A model generated the notes under the pieces. That model was not told where the DNA came from. It saw nothing but the letters and a program-made list of their open reading frames with translations, and did not search any database. Below, in pieces: positions 45,092-54,647 of a stretch of 64,000 nucleotides of DNA. Source of the DNA: Floridaenema evergladense BLCC-F167. GTDB taxonomy: Bacteria; Cyanobacteriota; Cyanobacteriia; Cyanobacteriales; Aerosakkonemataceae. The stretch lies in assembly GCF_041929205.1 (NCBI RefSeq), contig NZ_JBHFNT010000303.1; one strand, written 5' to 3'. The stretch's first letter is position 1, and every line of letters starts with the position of its first letter. The position numbers and the translations under genes were made by a program.

Positions 45092-46338
45092 ACCAACTTT
45101 TCCACCTGGACACTGCTATCGGGAATCCAAATCAGTTACTCAAACTTCTAGAGTCAGAAAATCCAGCTTTAGAAGTAAGAGAAGTAATAGCAGTTTTTGG
45201 AGCATCTCTTAGCCAACCAAAGTTATCTAAATTGCATCAGTTTCAATTGGGAGATATTGTAACCCAAGGACAACATTATGGAGTAGTAACTGCATTAAAT
45301 GAAACAGACCGACCCATAACAATTACTTGGGATGGAAATAATGATTCTGAACCTGATGTATTTGCTTACACGCTGGACGAAATTCGGTTTTTGGGAATTG
45401 CAATTATTCCTCAATTAGTCCCACTGAAAACAATTGTAGAACTACCAGCAAACATAACTATTCAGATAGCGAATGCTAAATTCGTCAAGTTCCATCAAGC
45501 GAATACTTTCTTAGTTGAAGAAGTTAACGAACACCATTTGATTATCTGCTCTCTTGAAGAACGATATCACTTTCCTAAACAACTGTTTCCGGGAAAGTTT
45601 TTTGCTTGTATTGTAGATATTCCCATCTCGGCTCAAGTACCTAGCAATTTATCTTTAATAGCCTTAAAAACTAAAGTTAAATTGCATTTAGCAATGGCTA
45701 ATGCTGTTAACGATAATTTGGAATGCTTAACGGCAATGAAGAAACAACAATTATTTGAGGAGTTGGTTTCGCAATTAGCAGGTGAACATTATGATACTGA
45801 GGAACTAAACGAAGTTTGGTCGGCAGTATGGGCAGAACAAATTGCTAGTTTAGCTAAGGAACAAGGCTTGTACAACTTTAAACTAGGTGAGCGGGTTTTC
45901 AGACAACGAGAAGGATTAGAAATTTGGGGAACTATTGTGAGGTTAAACATTGAATTAACCCGACCTTTTCAAATTGAGTGGGAGCAGGGAGAAGTGCAGA
46001 ATTATAGCGTGATTGAATTAAAATGTTTAGGGATTACTCCCCTCAAACCTGTTATCAAATTATCGCCTAATGTTGCTTACCAAATTAGCGAAGACGGTCG
46101 TTACTTTAAAGCTTGGATTGGCTTTCGTACCAAAGGGTTAGCGAAAGCTTGGTGGCGGATAATTAAAAAGCAAGTGGGATACCTCAGTTATTGGCGAGAA
46201 TGTTTTAGTGCTGAATTGAAACATACAGATAAGCGTTATGAATGCGTTGTAGAAAAGTTTCGTCAAAAAACTGTGGCTAAACGATTGTCAGCTTTGCAAA
46301 GATTAGCAGAAATTAACTTGGAAGAAATGCCGCGATGA
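45088..46338 (+). CDS. hypothetical protein with two SH3/KOW-like internal repeats
   Basis: 416 aa. It overlaps the E1-like stop (ATGA). The repeats FQLGDIVTQGQHYGVVTAL...ITITWDGNN...YTLDEIRFLGIA and FKLGERVFRQREGLEIWGTIVRL...FQIEWEQGE...SVIELKCLGIT align convincingly. Confidence 0.4.
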   Translation: MNQLFHLDTAIGNPNQLLKLLESENPALEVREVIAVFGASLSQPKLSKLHQFQLGDIVTQGQHYGVVTALNETDRPITITWDGNNDSEPDVFAYTLDEIRFLGIAIIPQLVPLKTIVELPANITIQIANAKFVKFHQANTFLVEEVNEHHLIICSLEERYHFPKQLFPGKFFACIVDIPISAQVPSNLSLIALKTKVKLHLAMANAVNDNLECLTAMKKQQLFEELVSQLAGEHYDTEELNEVWSAVWAEQIASLAKEQGLYNFKLGERVFRQREGLEIWGTIVRLNIELTRPFQIEWEQGEVQNYSVIELKCLGITPLKPVIKLSPNVAYQISEDGRYFKAWIGFRTKGLAKAWWRIIKKQVGYLSYWRECFSAELKHTDKRYECVVEKFRQKTVAKRLSALQRLAEINLEEMPR

Positions 46339-46429
46339 ACGGAAGAAAAAACAGAGTATTATACTAGCTCAAGAGACTCATTAGTGGTAAAACTTAGTAA
46401 GAGTTAACTAGCATAAGTTTCGAGCAAGA

Positions 46430-47122
46430 ATGAACCCAGAAGAACAGCAAGAAATCCTCAAGTTACGTGCTTTAAACGTCACTCCTAAACAAATTGCCCG
46501 TAAATTAGGTTTGAAAGTATCAGAAGTAACTGCATTTATCAAAGAACAAGCCGAACAAACTGCAAGAGCGAAAGCTCAAACTGGTGAATTACCACCCATA
46601 GATAAATGTCTAGCTGATACCAGATGTGCTAAAAGATTACTGTTTGAAGATAGTGATTCTCTTCAGAACGAAATCGGAGGTTTAGGGTTAATTTTAGTAG
46701 CCAGAACTACTGGATATAACCGCTATAGCGTTTGTACTTATTTGCTAGATTACTGGTGTTTGGGTCTAAAAGATACAATCGGACCTAGAGACTTTAACAG
46801 TAATAAGTATCTAGAATTCGTGCAAAATTCATATATGAACTTTCCCCAGGGATACCAAGAGATTACTTTAGAACAAGCACAAGCAATAGTTTTTGGTGCG
46901 ATAGATTATGCCAAATCGTTGGGATTTAGCCCTCATCGAGATTTTGAACAATCACGAACACATCTGGGTGAGTGGAATGGGGAAAGTCAACTAAAATTTG
47001 GTCGGGCTGGTAGACCTTTTTATATTAGCGGCCCTTACGATAATTTCCAACGAGTTATTAGTACTCTGGAAAAGAGTGTAGGAGTGGGAAATTTCGATTA
47101 TTTCGGTGGGTTTGAGGTTTGA
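46430..47122 (+). CDS. hypothetical protein with N-terminal HTH
   Basis: ILKLRALNVTPKQIARKLGLKVSEVTAFI resembles a sigma-region-4/LuxR-like helix-turn-helix. The remaining ~170 aa are unassigned. Confidence 0.35.
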   Translation: MNPEEQQEILKLRALNVTPKQIARKLGLKVSEVTAFIKEQAEQTARAKAQTGELPPIDKCLADTRCAKRLLFEDSDSLQNEIGGLGLILVARTTGYNRYSVCTYLLDYWCLGLKDTIGPRDFNSNKYLEFVQNSYMNFPQGYQEITLEQAQAIVFGAIDYAKSLGFSPHRDFEQSRTHLGEWNGESQLKFGRAGRPFYISGPYDNFQRVISTLEKSVGVGNFDYFGGFEV

Positions 47123-47904
47123 ATGAGCTAATGAGTACATATAACATTTTGAGCCAAACTGAACGTCAACGGGTAAGTGATGGAGAAGTCGTATCTATCT
47201 TGAGTGGTTGCGAGTCTTCATCTCGGAAACTGGTGTTAATATTGCCACAATTGGGAGATTTCGACAGCTTGGAGTATGCTTGGTGGTTGCAACGAGAAGC
47301 CCAACAGCTACAAGCACAAGGTATAGCAATTCGAGCAGTGGGAATTGGTAATCGCACTTCCGGTCAAAAATTTTGTAATTATACGGGATTTCCGGCAGAT
47401 TGTTTATTTGTAGACCCTACTGCCCAACTGCACCAAACACTCAACCTATATTCAGGTTTATCCCTCAAAATGCCTGGTTTATCGCCTGGTGCGAATGCTT
47501 GGCTCAACCTAATGTTAATGTGTGCCGGAATTGGTAGTCCAGGGACTTTGGCAGAAGTGTTTCGCGGATATCGGGGAGACGCAAAAGCACCTCAATTAAT
47601 TGGTGATGAAGAAATTGTACGGGCTGCCCCCCTGCCGCCAATTAAAGGCTCATTCTTCAAATTGGCAGGTGGCAAAGGTTTTCAACGTCCCTTTGAGTTA
47701 GCAACTTTACGATTGCGAAATATGACAGAAGTGCTAACTAATTGGAAAACTTACGTTCCTAACCCTGCTTATCTTACCCAACGCGGCGCAACTTTCTTGT
47801 TTAATCAGCAGGGGGAATTACTTTATGAACATCGCGACTGTGCCATCCTTGGCTTCGCTGCTGATATGAGTAATCCGCTATCTTTTCTCAAGAAAATCAA
47901 CTAA
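47119..47904 (+). CDS. hypothetical protein, possibly thioredoxin-fold (AhpC/TSA_2 / PRXL2-like)
   Basis: It overlaps the previous stop. ...RKLVLILPQLGDFDSLEYAWWL... gives a weak resemblance to peroxiredoxin-like 2 proteins. No CxxC motif is present. Confidence 0.25.
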   Translation: MNELMSTYNILSQTERQRVSDGEVVSILSGCESSSRKLVLILPQLGDFDSLEYAWWLQREAQQLQAQGIAIRAVGIGNRTSGQKFCNYTGFPADCLFVDPTAQLHQTLNLYSGLSLKMPGLSPGANAWLNLMLMCAGIGSPGTLAEVFRGYRGDAKAPQLIGDEEIVRAAPLPPIKGSFFKLAGGKGFQRPFELATLRLRNMTEVLTNWKTYVPNPAYLTQRGATFLFNQQGELLYEHRDCAILGFAADMSNPLSFLKKIN

Positions 47905-47957
47905 AGTAAGCTAGCGCTTAAATCAAAGGTTGAAGAAATAGTAATTGATTAAAATCA

Positions 47958-49379
47958 ATGATACACAATTTACTCAACCTAACCCAAACAAGCGAATCAC
48001 ACCAGTTTACTTTTACCCCACAACAATCAAAAGCTATCCAACAACTAAAAGAATTTTTGATTAGCCCAAACACAATATTTCTGTTATGTGGATATGCCGG
48101 AACCGGAAAATCAACAATCATCATTCAATTCATCAAAGAACTGCTACAACAAGGCAAAAGAATTGCTTTGAGTGCGCCCACCAACAAAGCAGTTAATATC
48201 CTCAAAAAGATGGCAGCACAGCACCAAATTATCGGAGTAGACTTTTTGACAATCCACCAACTGTTAGGATTAGGAATGGTCAGAAAAGAACAAGATAAAG
48301 TGCTAGAGCAAACCAACTCCAGTACCCTATACCTATACGATATCATCATTCTTGACGAATGTTCGATGGTAGGAATAGAACTGTGGAAATGGATAGAAAA
48401 AGGATTCAAGCAAACACTGTTTAACCGGAAAAAACTAATTTTGATGGGAGACCCAGCCCAATTAAATCCCATTGGAGAAAAGCGCAGTCCTAGTTTTAAT
48501 GTCATCAATCGAGCCATCCTGACAGAAGTAGTTAGACAACCAGGAGAAAGCCCAGTACTGGACTTTATTACAAACTGTCGCTCCTTTGTAAAAAGTCAAG
48601 CTAAAACTTCAATTTTCCTACCTCATTCTCAATACAAAAAAGGAGACAAATCGAATGGTGCTTTTAAAGTAACCAGCGAAACAATGTTAGACTATGCTAT
48701 CAAAACTATCAAGCGAAAATTTGCTCTTCATCCCGATTGTTTAAGAATTCTCTGCTGGACAAACAAACGAGTAGATTACTACAATCAAATAATTCGAGAA
48801 CAAGTCTACGGTTCGACTGCACCACGATTCGTTTCTGGCGAACGACTAATTACTAAAAAACCAATAATAGCACCAGATGGTAAGACAGTAATTTTACCAA
48901 CTTCGACTGAATTTACCGTAAAAGAAGTAGAAATCAGTCAACATTATGGCTATCGAGTATGGCTGCTAAAAATTGTTACCGATGAGGGAATAATGCGGCA
49001 GATTTTGGTGCGCCATGAATCCGAATCCAACCGCTACGAAGCAGAACTAGAACAGAAGCTAAAAAGTGCCAAACGAAATGGTTTCTTGTGGCGCAAATAT
49101 TATTGGTTCAAAGATGATTTGTTTGCCGAAGTCGATAATTGTTTTTCTTTAACGGTACATAATTCGCAAGGAAGTACTTTTGATGAAGTAGGAATAGATG
49201 GGGATGACCTTTTCACGCGCTTATTGGTAGGAAATGATGAGAGCAGAAAACAGAAATTAAAGGAGTATCATCGTTTGTGGTATGTGTCAGGTTCCAGATG
49301 TAAAAAAAGACTACTGTTTGTCGCTCCTCAACCTCACAAAGTTGAGCGATTACTACCACGACAAATGACACTTTTTTAA
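47958..49379 (+). CDS. RecD/Dda-like SF1 DNA helicase
   Basis: Walker A LLCGYAGTGKSTII. Motif Ia LSAPTNKAVNIL. Walker B IIILDECSMV. Motif III LILMGDPAQLNPI. Motif V/VI LTVHNSQGSTFDEVG. Confidence 0.75.
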   Translation: MIHNLLNLTQTSESHQFTFTPQQSKAIQQLKEFLISPNTIFLLCGYAGTGKSTIIIQFIKELLQQGKRIALSAPTNKAVNILKKMAAQHQIIGVDFLTIHQLLGLGMVRKEQDKVLEQTNSSTLYLYDIIILDECSMVGIELWKWIEKGFKQTLFNRKKLILMGDPAQLNPIGEKRSPSFNVINRAILTEVVRQPGESPVLDFITNCRSFVKSQAKTSIFLPHSQYKKGDKSNGAFKVTSETMLDYAIKTIKRKFALHPDCLRILCWTNKRVDYYNQIIREQVYGSTAPRFVSGERLITKKPIIAPDGKTVILPTSTEFTVKEVEISQHYGYRVWLLKIVTDEGIMRQILVRHESESNRYEAELEQKLKSAKRNGFLWRKYYWFKDDLFAEVDNCFSLTVHNSQGSTFDEVGIDGDDLFTRLLVGNDESRKQKLKEYHRLWYVSGSRCKKRLLFVAPQPHKVERLLPRQMTLF

Positions 49380-49482
49380 TTAAGGAATTAGGGAGTAGGC
49401 AACTTTGATTCGCTGCTCTCTATTTCCTAATAATAAACACTGCTATCGCAGCGATAAGTCGAACCATTAAATTGCCAGAATT

Positions 49483-50922
49483 ATGACAAGAATTGGACTG
49501 AAAAAATCAGTTAGAGCTAAAACAGTTGACTCTACTGTAACGTCCCCAGAACGTTCAAATACAGATAGTGCTAAAAAACGACAAAAAAGTTCAAAGACTA
49601 CCTCTACTAACCAACCAAAACCAACTGAACTGTCAGAAACTATTTCATCCCAAACCGAACAAACCTCTGAAATATCAGCTCTACCAATACCAACACCAGT
49701 AGAAGCGATTTGCAATTCTAGAGAATTCAACGATTACGTACAGGTACTTAAAGCGATCGTTCCTAACAATAATAACCATCCGATATTGTGCAACATTCTG
49801 ATTGAAGCCGAACCGAAATCCCAACAATTACAATTGACTGCATACAACCTAGAATTTGGAATGCAAGTTAGCTTTGATGCCACAGTTAATCAACCAGGTT
49901 CTCTGACATTACCTGTTACCATACTAGCTGATATATTAGGAAAATTTCCTCAAGGTCGGCTGACAATAAACAGTGAAGTTACTATACCCAAAGGTAACAA
50001 AGCTGCAAACACACCACCATCCATAACTGCTACCTTATCAATGCCAAGAAGTCAGCACGTTATTCGAGGATTAATCGCCAGCGAATTTCCGACAATTCCT
50101 CCAGTAAACCACAAGTTGTTTTCTCTCCCAGCTAGCACGCTAATAGGGGTACTTAAAGGTAGCTTGTTTGCTGTCAGTTTGAATGAAGCGAAACGAATTA
50201 TAACAGGTGTTAACTTTAAACTTAGTTATGATGCAGAACGTGGAATTAATCGCCTGAGAATTTGGACAACAGACGGACATCGAATTGCCATGATTTTGGG
50301 ATTAAGTGAGAGCAACAACGAGGCTAATCATTGGCTCGAAGAAGCAGTAGAATTTACTGTACCTGCCAAAGTATTGAAGCTACTAGAACGCAATTTAAAC
50401 CCGACAGAGCGGGTTGCTATCTACTACGATGGTTCAGCAGAGCAGGCAGCAAAGTATGTAGCTTTTTGTTGTCAAAATTGGCAAATGACGACTCAGTTGT
50501 TAGAAGGAAATTATCCACCATGTAACCAAATTGTTGACCCTTACAGAAGTGAGTTGAAGTATCAAATAATAGTAGAGCGATTAGCTTTAGTTAGGGCATT
50601 AGAAAGATTAGCAACTCACAGCGATAAATCCCACGTTACGGTAGGGTTAGAATTTGATTCCCAACAGCAACAAATTCGAGCTTCAATTACTAATGCAATT
50701 AGTTCTGGTCAGGAAATAATTGCTGCTAAAATTGATGGTGATAAGTTGCGAGTAAAGTTAGATATTCGTTATTTAATCGATACGGTGAAAGCAGTTACAA
50801 CTTCAGATTTGCGAATGCTGTTAGCTTCATCCCTGGCACCAGTATTGATTGTACCTTTTGGTACGCCAATTTCGGGAGAAGCGGCAATCGAATCCGAATA
50901 TGCAATAGCACCCCAAGAGTAA
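49483..50922 (+). CDS. DNA polymerase III beta sliding-clamp (DnaN)-like protein with ~110-aa low-complexity N-terminal extension
   Basis: After an S/T/Q-rich N-terminus the protein follows the DnaN layout (NHPILCNILIEAEPKSQQLQLTAYNLEFGMQVSFDATVNQPGSLTLPVTILADILGKFP...). The three-domain length is ~370 aa. It is divergent from the ~385-aa housekeeping DnaN. Confidence 0.6.
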   Translation: MTRIGLKKSVRAKTVDSTVTSPERSNTDSAKKRQKSSKTTSTNQPKPTELSETISSQTEQTSEISALPIPTPVEAICNSREFNDYVQVLKAIVPNNNNHPILCNILIEAEPKSQQLQLTAYNLEFGMQVSFDATVNQPGSLTLPVTILADILGKFPQGRLTINSEVTIPKGNKAANTPPSITATLSMPRSQHVIRGLIASEFPTIPPVNHKLFSLPASTLIGVLKGSLFAVSLNEAKRIITGVNFKLSYDAERGINRLRIWTTDGHRIAMILGLSESNNEANHWLEEAVEFTVPAKVLKLLERNLNPTERVAIYYDGSAEQAAKYVAFCCQNWQMTTQLLEGNYPPCNQIVDPYRSELKYQIIVERLALVRALERLATHSDKSHVTVGLEFDSQQQQIRASITNAISSGQEIIAAKIDGDKLRVKLDIRYLIDTVKAVTTSDLRMLLASSLAPVLIVPFGTPISGEAAIESEYAIAPQE

Positions 50923-51019
50923 GTGAAAAAGGGAGAAGGAGAAGAAAGTTATGAGTTATGAGATTCAACTCAAAACTCATAACTTTACCTGCTCTCCCTA
51001 ATTACTCTTAAATCAATCA

Positions 51020-51955
51020 TTATTCTCTTCTGGGCAGATTGAACTGAACGATAAATTGCTGAAAATCAGATAAGGATTCAACGGTAACAGCTTCCCTATG
51101 CAGCGTTTTCAGTAAGTCAGAATCTAGTACATCAGTAATGCTATCGACCAACTCTTTTGGTACTTCTCCAAACCGAATTTTCAGAACTTCAATGATATAC
51201 TCATACCCAATTAAACGCTCAGGTGTGGTAGCATAACGCATTTTATTTTCCTCCTCAAAACGTTTGATTTCTTGAGTAAACCCACTTTCCAAATCTCCTG
51301 GCAATGTCATCATCCAGTCAATTAATCGAAATAATTCACGGATTTCAGCCCGATTATAACCTCGTTCAAACAGACTCTTGACAATGCTTAATTTCCACTC
51401 TAACCGTTCTTGAGGTTTTCCACTTGTCGCCTGCGTTTTCAAGTGCGCCATAACGAGAGGAGCGAAAGGGTTGATACTTGCTTCTAAAGTTTGCCAGTCC
51501 TGTTGATAGTCTAGCAACTTAACCATCGAAAACCTTAACAAAACCCTAGTTCCCCAGATTTCATAACTGTACTCTTGGGGTCGCCAAGATTTTTCTGAGT
51601 CGGCTAAAATTGCTAAATTCGCCACTTTTTTCCGATAAATACCAAAAATGCGACTGTTGTAAACATACATTCTTTCCGCAAAAGTTGATTGGTATTGACT
51701 TTGCACTTCTAAATGAATCAACACCCAAGTTTCTTGACCATTAGTTAACCACACTTTAACTAATTTATCAGCTTCTCGTTGTCCTAATTCGTCATCCCGC
51801 ATCACTTGTCTGAGTTCGTTATCCAGAAATTCATGGGGGATTTTCCAGTCTATTTGTTCGTAGATATCCGGGAAAAAGAAAGCAATAAAAGATTTAAAGT
51901 AGACAGCGATAGCTTCTTTCCAAGGATTATCATAATCATCCCGTTGTTTAGACAT
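51020..51955 (-). CDS. Rpn-family / PD-(D/E)xK recombination-promoting nuclease (putative transposase, DUF4351-type)
   Basis: DYDNPWKEAIAVYFKSFIAFFFPDIYEQIDWKIPHEFLDNELRQ...WVLIHLEVQSQYQSTFAERMYVYNSRI matches the abundant cyanobacterial family pattern (D.D...K.L...F...FFP....ID.s..EFLD.EL ... IHIE.QSQ...F..RM..Y). Confidence 0.6.
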   Translation of the reverse strand: MSKQRDDYDNPWKEAIAVYFKSFIAFFFPDIYEQIDWKIPHEFLDNELRQVMRDDELGQREADKLVKVWLTNGQETWVLIHLEVQSQYQSTFAERMYVYNSRIFGIYRKKVANLAILADSEKSWRPQEYSYEIWGTRVLLRFSMVKLLDYQQDWQTLEASINPFAPLVMAHLKTQATSGKPQERLEWKLSIVKSLFERGYNRAEIRELFRLIDWMMTLPGDLESGFTQEIKRFEEENKMRYATTPERLIGYEYIIEVLKIRFGEVPKELVDSITDVLDSDLLKTLHREAVTVESLSDFQQFIVQFNLPRRE

Positions 51956-52055
51956 ATTCCTCGATTTTATTAGTCCAATTAAAAGTATACATTAGACAAA
52001 ACTTTCTTTTCCCCTAGCGGGGATTCTCTGGGAACTTTTGTGAAAAACTGGAATA

Positions 52056-53411
52056 ATGCACCAACCATTATCACTCAAATATCGACCAAAAAACCTGGCA
52101 AGTTTAGTAGGTCAAGAACCCATCAAAATCGCCCTAACAAATGCAGTAACTTCTGCTAAAATTGCCCCAGCTTATTTGTTTACCGGGCCAAGAGGAACAG
52201 GTAAAACCTCCACAGCACGCATTCTAGCCAAATCGTTAAATTGTCTCAATTCGTCAGTTCCGACAGCAAATCCTTGCCAAAAATGTGTATCATGTAAAGC
52301 AATTGATGCAGGCAATAGTTTGGATGTAAGTGAAATTGATGCAGCTAGTCATAATGGGGTAGAAGATGCTAGAGAATTAATCGAACGCAGCAATTTTGCA
52401 CCAGTAATGAGTCGGTATCGGATATTCGTTTTAGATGAATGCCACCAACTTAGTAGTAGTGCTCAAAATGCGCTGCTAAAATGTATCGAAGAACCACCAT
52501 CTCATGTGGTATTTATTCTCTGTACGACTGAAGCACACAAGGTATTACCAACTATTAGTTCGCGCTGTCAAACGTTTAACTTTAAAGCACTCTCTATGGA
52601 GGCAATTGTCGAACAATTGTCACGAGTAGCTGTTCAAGAATCAATCGCCATTACAGAGGAAGCAAATAAGCTAATTGCACGACATTCAGAGGGTGGATTA
52701 AGAGATGCTTTGCAATTGCTTTCTCAATTATCGCTGATGGGAGAACAAATTACACCAGAGCGTGTAGTAGAAGTGTCTGGTGGGATTCGTTCTCACGATT
52801 TAGCTACGATTGTCAAAGCTATCTGTGCTGGTGACGTACTGACAATATTACAATCAGCAAGAACTCTAATTGATAGTGGTAAAACACCGAAATTGATTTT
52901 GAGTAGCCTGTTGGCAGTTTACCGCGATTTACTGATTGTTAAAAGCGTACCCAAAAGTGAGAATGTAGTCGCCGGAACTCTGAATTATTCGCAATTGCGA
53001 CAAGTTGCTAACAAGCTAGATTTTCCTAGCATAGATGCAGCTTTGATGCAGTTACAAAAATCAGAAAGTCAGTTGAGAGTAACGACTAATGGTGCTACTT
53101 GGTTAGAAGTATGCTTGCTCAATTTGATTTACAATAATCAAGAGCAGCATAATCGAAACGGAAATGGTAAAGCAGGAGAATTGAGTTCCGTTTGGATGAA
53201 GGTTATTGAAGCTACAAAACCAGCTAATCGCAGCTTACTTTCTCGTGCCAAATTAATCAGTTTAAATGAGAGTAACTGTGTACTAGCTGTTCCACCATCT
53301 GATGTAAAGAAGTTTCAAAGCAACGTTGCATTAGTAGAACGAATTGTTAGTCGAGTATTGGGTTATCCGGTTACGATTAAGCTCGAACAAAGGAAGGAAC
53401 TGTCAGTATGA
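52056..53411 (+). CDS. dnaX: DNA polymerase III gamma/tau subunit (DnaX), short gamma-like form
   Basis: YLFTGPRGTGKTSTARILAKSLNC. Zinc module CQKCVSCKAI. Walker B/SRC region RIFVLDECHQLSSSAQNALLKCIEEPPSHVVFILCTTEAHKVLPTISSRCQTFNF. At 451 aa it lacks the tau C-terminal domains. Confidence 0.85.
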   Translation: MHQPLSLKYRPKNLASLVGQEPIKIALTNAVTSAKIAPAYLFTGPRGTGKTSTARILAKSLNCLNSSVPTANPCQKCVSCKAIDAGNSLDVSEIDAASHNGVEDARELIERSNFAPVMSRYRIFVLDECHQLSSSAQNALLKCIEEPPSHVVFILCTTEAHKVLPTISSRCQTFNFKALSMEAIVEQLSRVAVQESIAITEEANKLIARHSEGGLRDALQLLSQLSLMGEQITPERVVEVSGGIRSHDLATIVKAICAGDVLTILQSARTLIDSGKTPKLILSSLLAVYRDLLIVKSVPKSENVVAGTLNYSQLRQVANKLDFPSIDAALMQLQKSESQLRVTTNGATWLEVCLLNLIYNNQEQHNRNGNGKAGELSSVWMKVIEATKPANRSLLSRAKLISLNESNCVLAVPPSDVKKFQSNVALVERIVSRVLGYPVTIKLEQRKELSV

Positions 53412-54361
53412 TAACGCTATTAGTTGGCAACGATACTGAAGCAATTAAGCAAGAATTGGCAACATTAAAAGCACACACGCATCCCCGGTGGCGAGACTTT
53501 AATGTACATCAATTTAGTGCCGAACAATTAAGTGCTGCCATGATGAGTGCTTTTTCAATTCCTTTTGGTGAAGGTGGCAAACTAATTATTGTAGAAAACT
53601 GTGATTTCAAACAGTTTGGTGAAACTGGATTAGAGATGTTGCAACCTTTATCCATGTTACCCAAAACTACCCATTTGGTATTTACGGCTAATTCGATTGA
53701 TAAGCGACTGAAGGTAACTAAACATTTGTTATCGTTAGGTAAGCTCAAAGAGTTGGCTTTGATTCCACCTTGGCGTACTGACTTAATCGAACAAGCGCTC
53801 GGCAATACTGCTAAACAAATGCAGTTAACTATTGCTCGTGATGCTGTAAACTATTTAGCTCAAGCTATTGGTAATGATACTACCAGAATGGTGAAAGAAT
53901 TGTCAAAGTTAGCTGTCTATGCCGCAGGTGCAAAAATTACCAAAGAGCAGGCTATTGCGTTAATTCCCATCACTACAAGTAACAGTTTACAATTAGCTCA
54001 AGCATTACTAAAACGTGAAATTGTTGTCATTGTTCAAATAGTACGCGAATTACTATCTCGTGCTGAATTTCCTTTAGTAATTGTGGCTACTCTCATTACT
54101 CAGTTTAAGACTTGGTTGTGGGTAAAAGCAGCATTAGTAGCTAAACGCTCTGACTCAGAAATTGCTACTTTGTGCGGCTTAGGCAATCCCAAACGAATGT
54201 ATTTCTTACGGCAAGAGATAAATGAGGTTTCGACAAATTACTTGTCAAAAGTACTTTCGATGCTATTTGAGTTGGAAGTTGAACTAAAAAGTGGAGAAAA
54301 GGCTGATTCCATACTGCCAGCATTGTTGAGAATTGTACAGGTACCCTCGCATACTCAGTAG
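53408..54361 (+). CDS. DNA polymerase III delta subunit (HolA)-like
   Basis: Overlaps the dnaX stop (ATGA). 317 aa and helical. Assigned from its position as a clamp-loader partner and its size. Motif-level support is weak. Confidence 0.45.
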   Translation: MITLLVGNDTEAIKQELATLKAHTHPRWRDFNVHQFSAEQLSAAMMSAFSIPFGEGGKLIIVENCDFKQFGETGLEMLQPLSMLPKTTHLVFTANSIDKRLKVTKHLLSLGKLKELALIPPWRTDLIEQALGNTAKQMQLTIARDAVNYLAQAIGNDTTRMVKELSKLAVYAAGAKITKEQAIALIPITTSNSLQLAQALLKREIVVIVQIVRELLSRAEFPLVIVATLITQFKTWLWVKAALVAKRSDSEIATLCGLGNPKRMYFLRQEINEVSTNYLSKVLSMLFELEVELKSGEKADSILPALLRIVQVPSHTQ

Positions 54362-54376
54362 ACGAAAAGCGAAAAG

Positions 54377-54494
54377 GTAGGGGTTAGGGGGTAGGGGGTA
54401 GGTGTTAGGGAATCTTTAGGTGATAGGGCTCAGGTGGTAGGGGATGGGGAAAAAGACTCTTCCCTAACACCCAACCCCTAACCCCTACTCCCCG
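54377..54494. repeat. G-rich heptamer repeats (GGGGTAG/GGGTTAG) arranged as long imperfect inverted repeat (hairpin)
   Basis: Left arm GGTAGGGGTTAGGGGGTAGGGGGTAGGTGTTAGGG. Right arm CCCTAACACCCAACCCCTAACCCCTACTCCCC. It lies directly after the holA-like stop. STRR-like heptamers are typical of filamentous cyanobacteria. Confidence 0.55.
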
Positions 54495-54647
54495 CACCCA
54501 AGATTTACTCATACTACATAGTCATGCTACAATAATGGGGCAAGTAGTAATACATGAACTGGCTATGGTTTGGGTTCTTTTTGCCTAACTGGTGCGCCAA
54601 CCGCTGGATTGCGCGTATACCGCACAGAAATGCGTGACTACTCAGTA

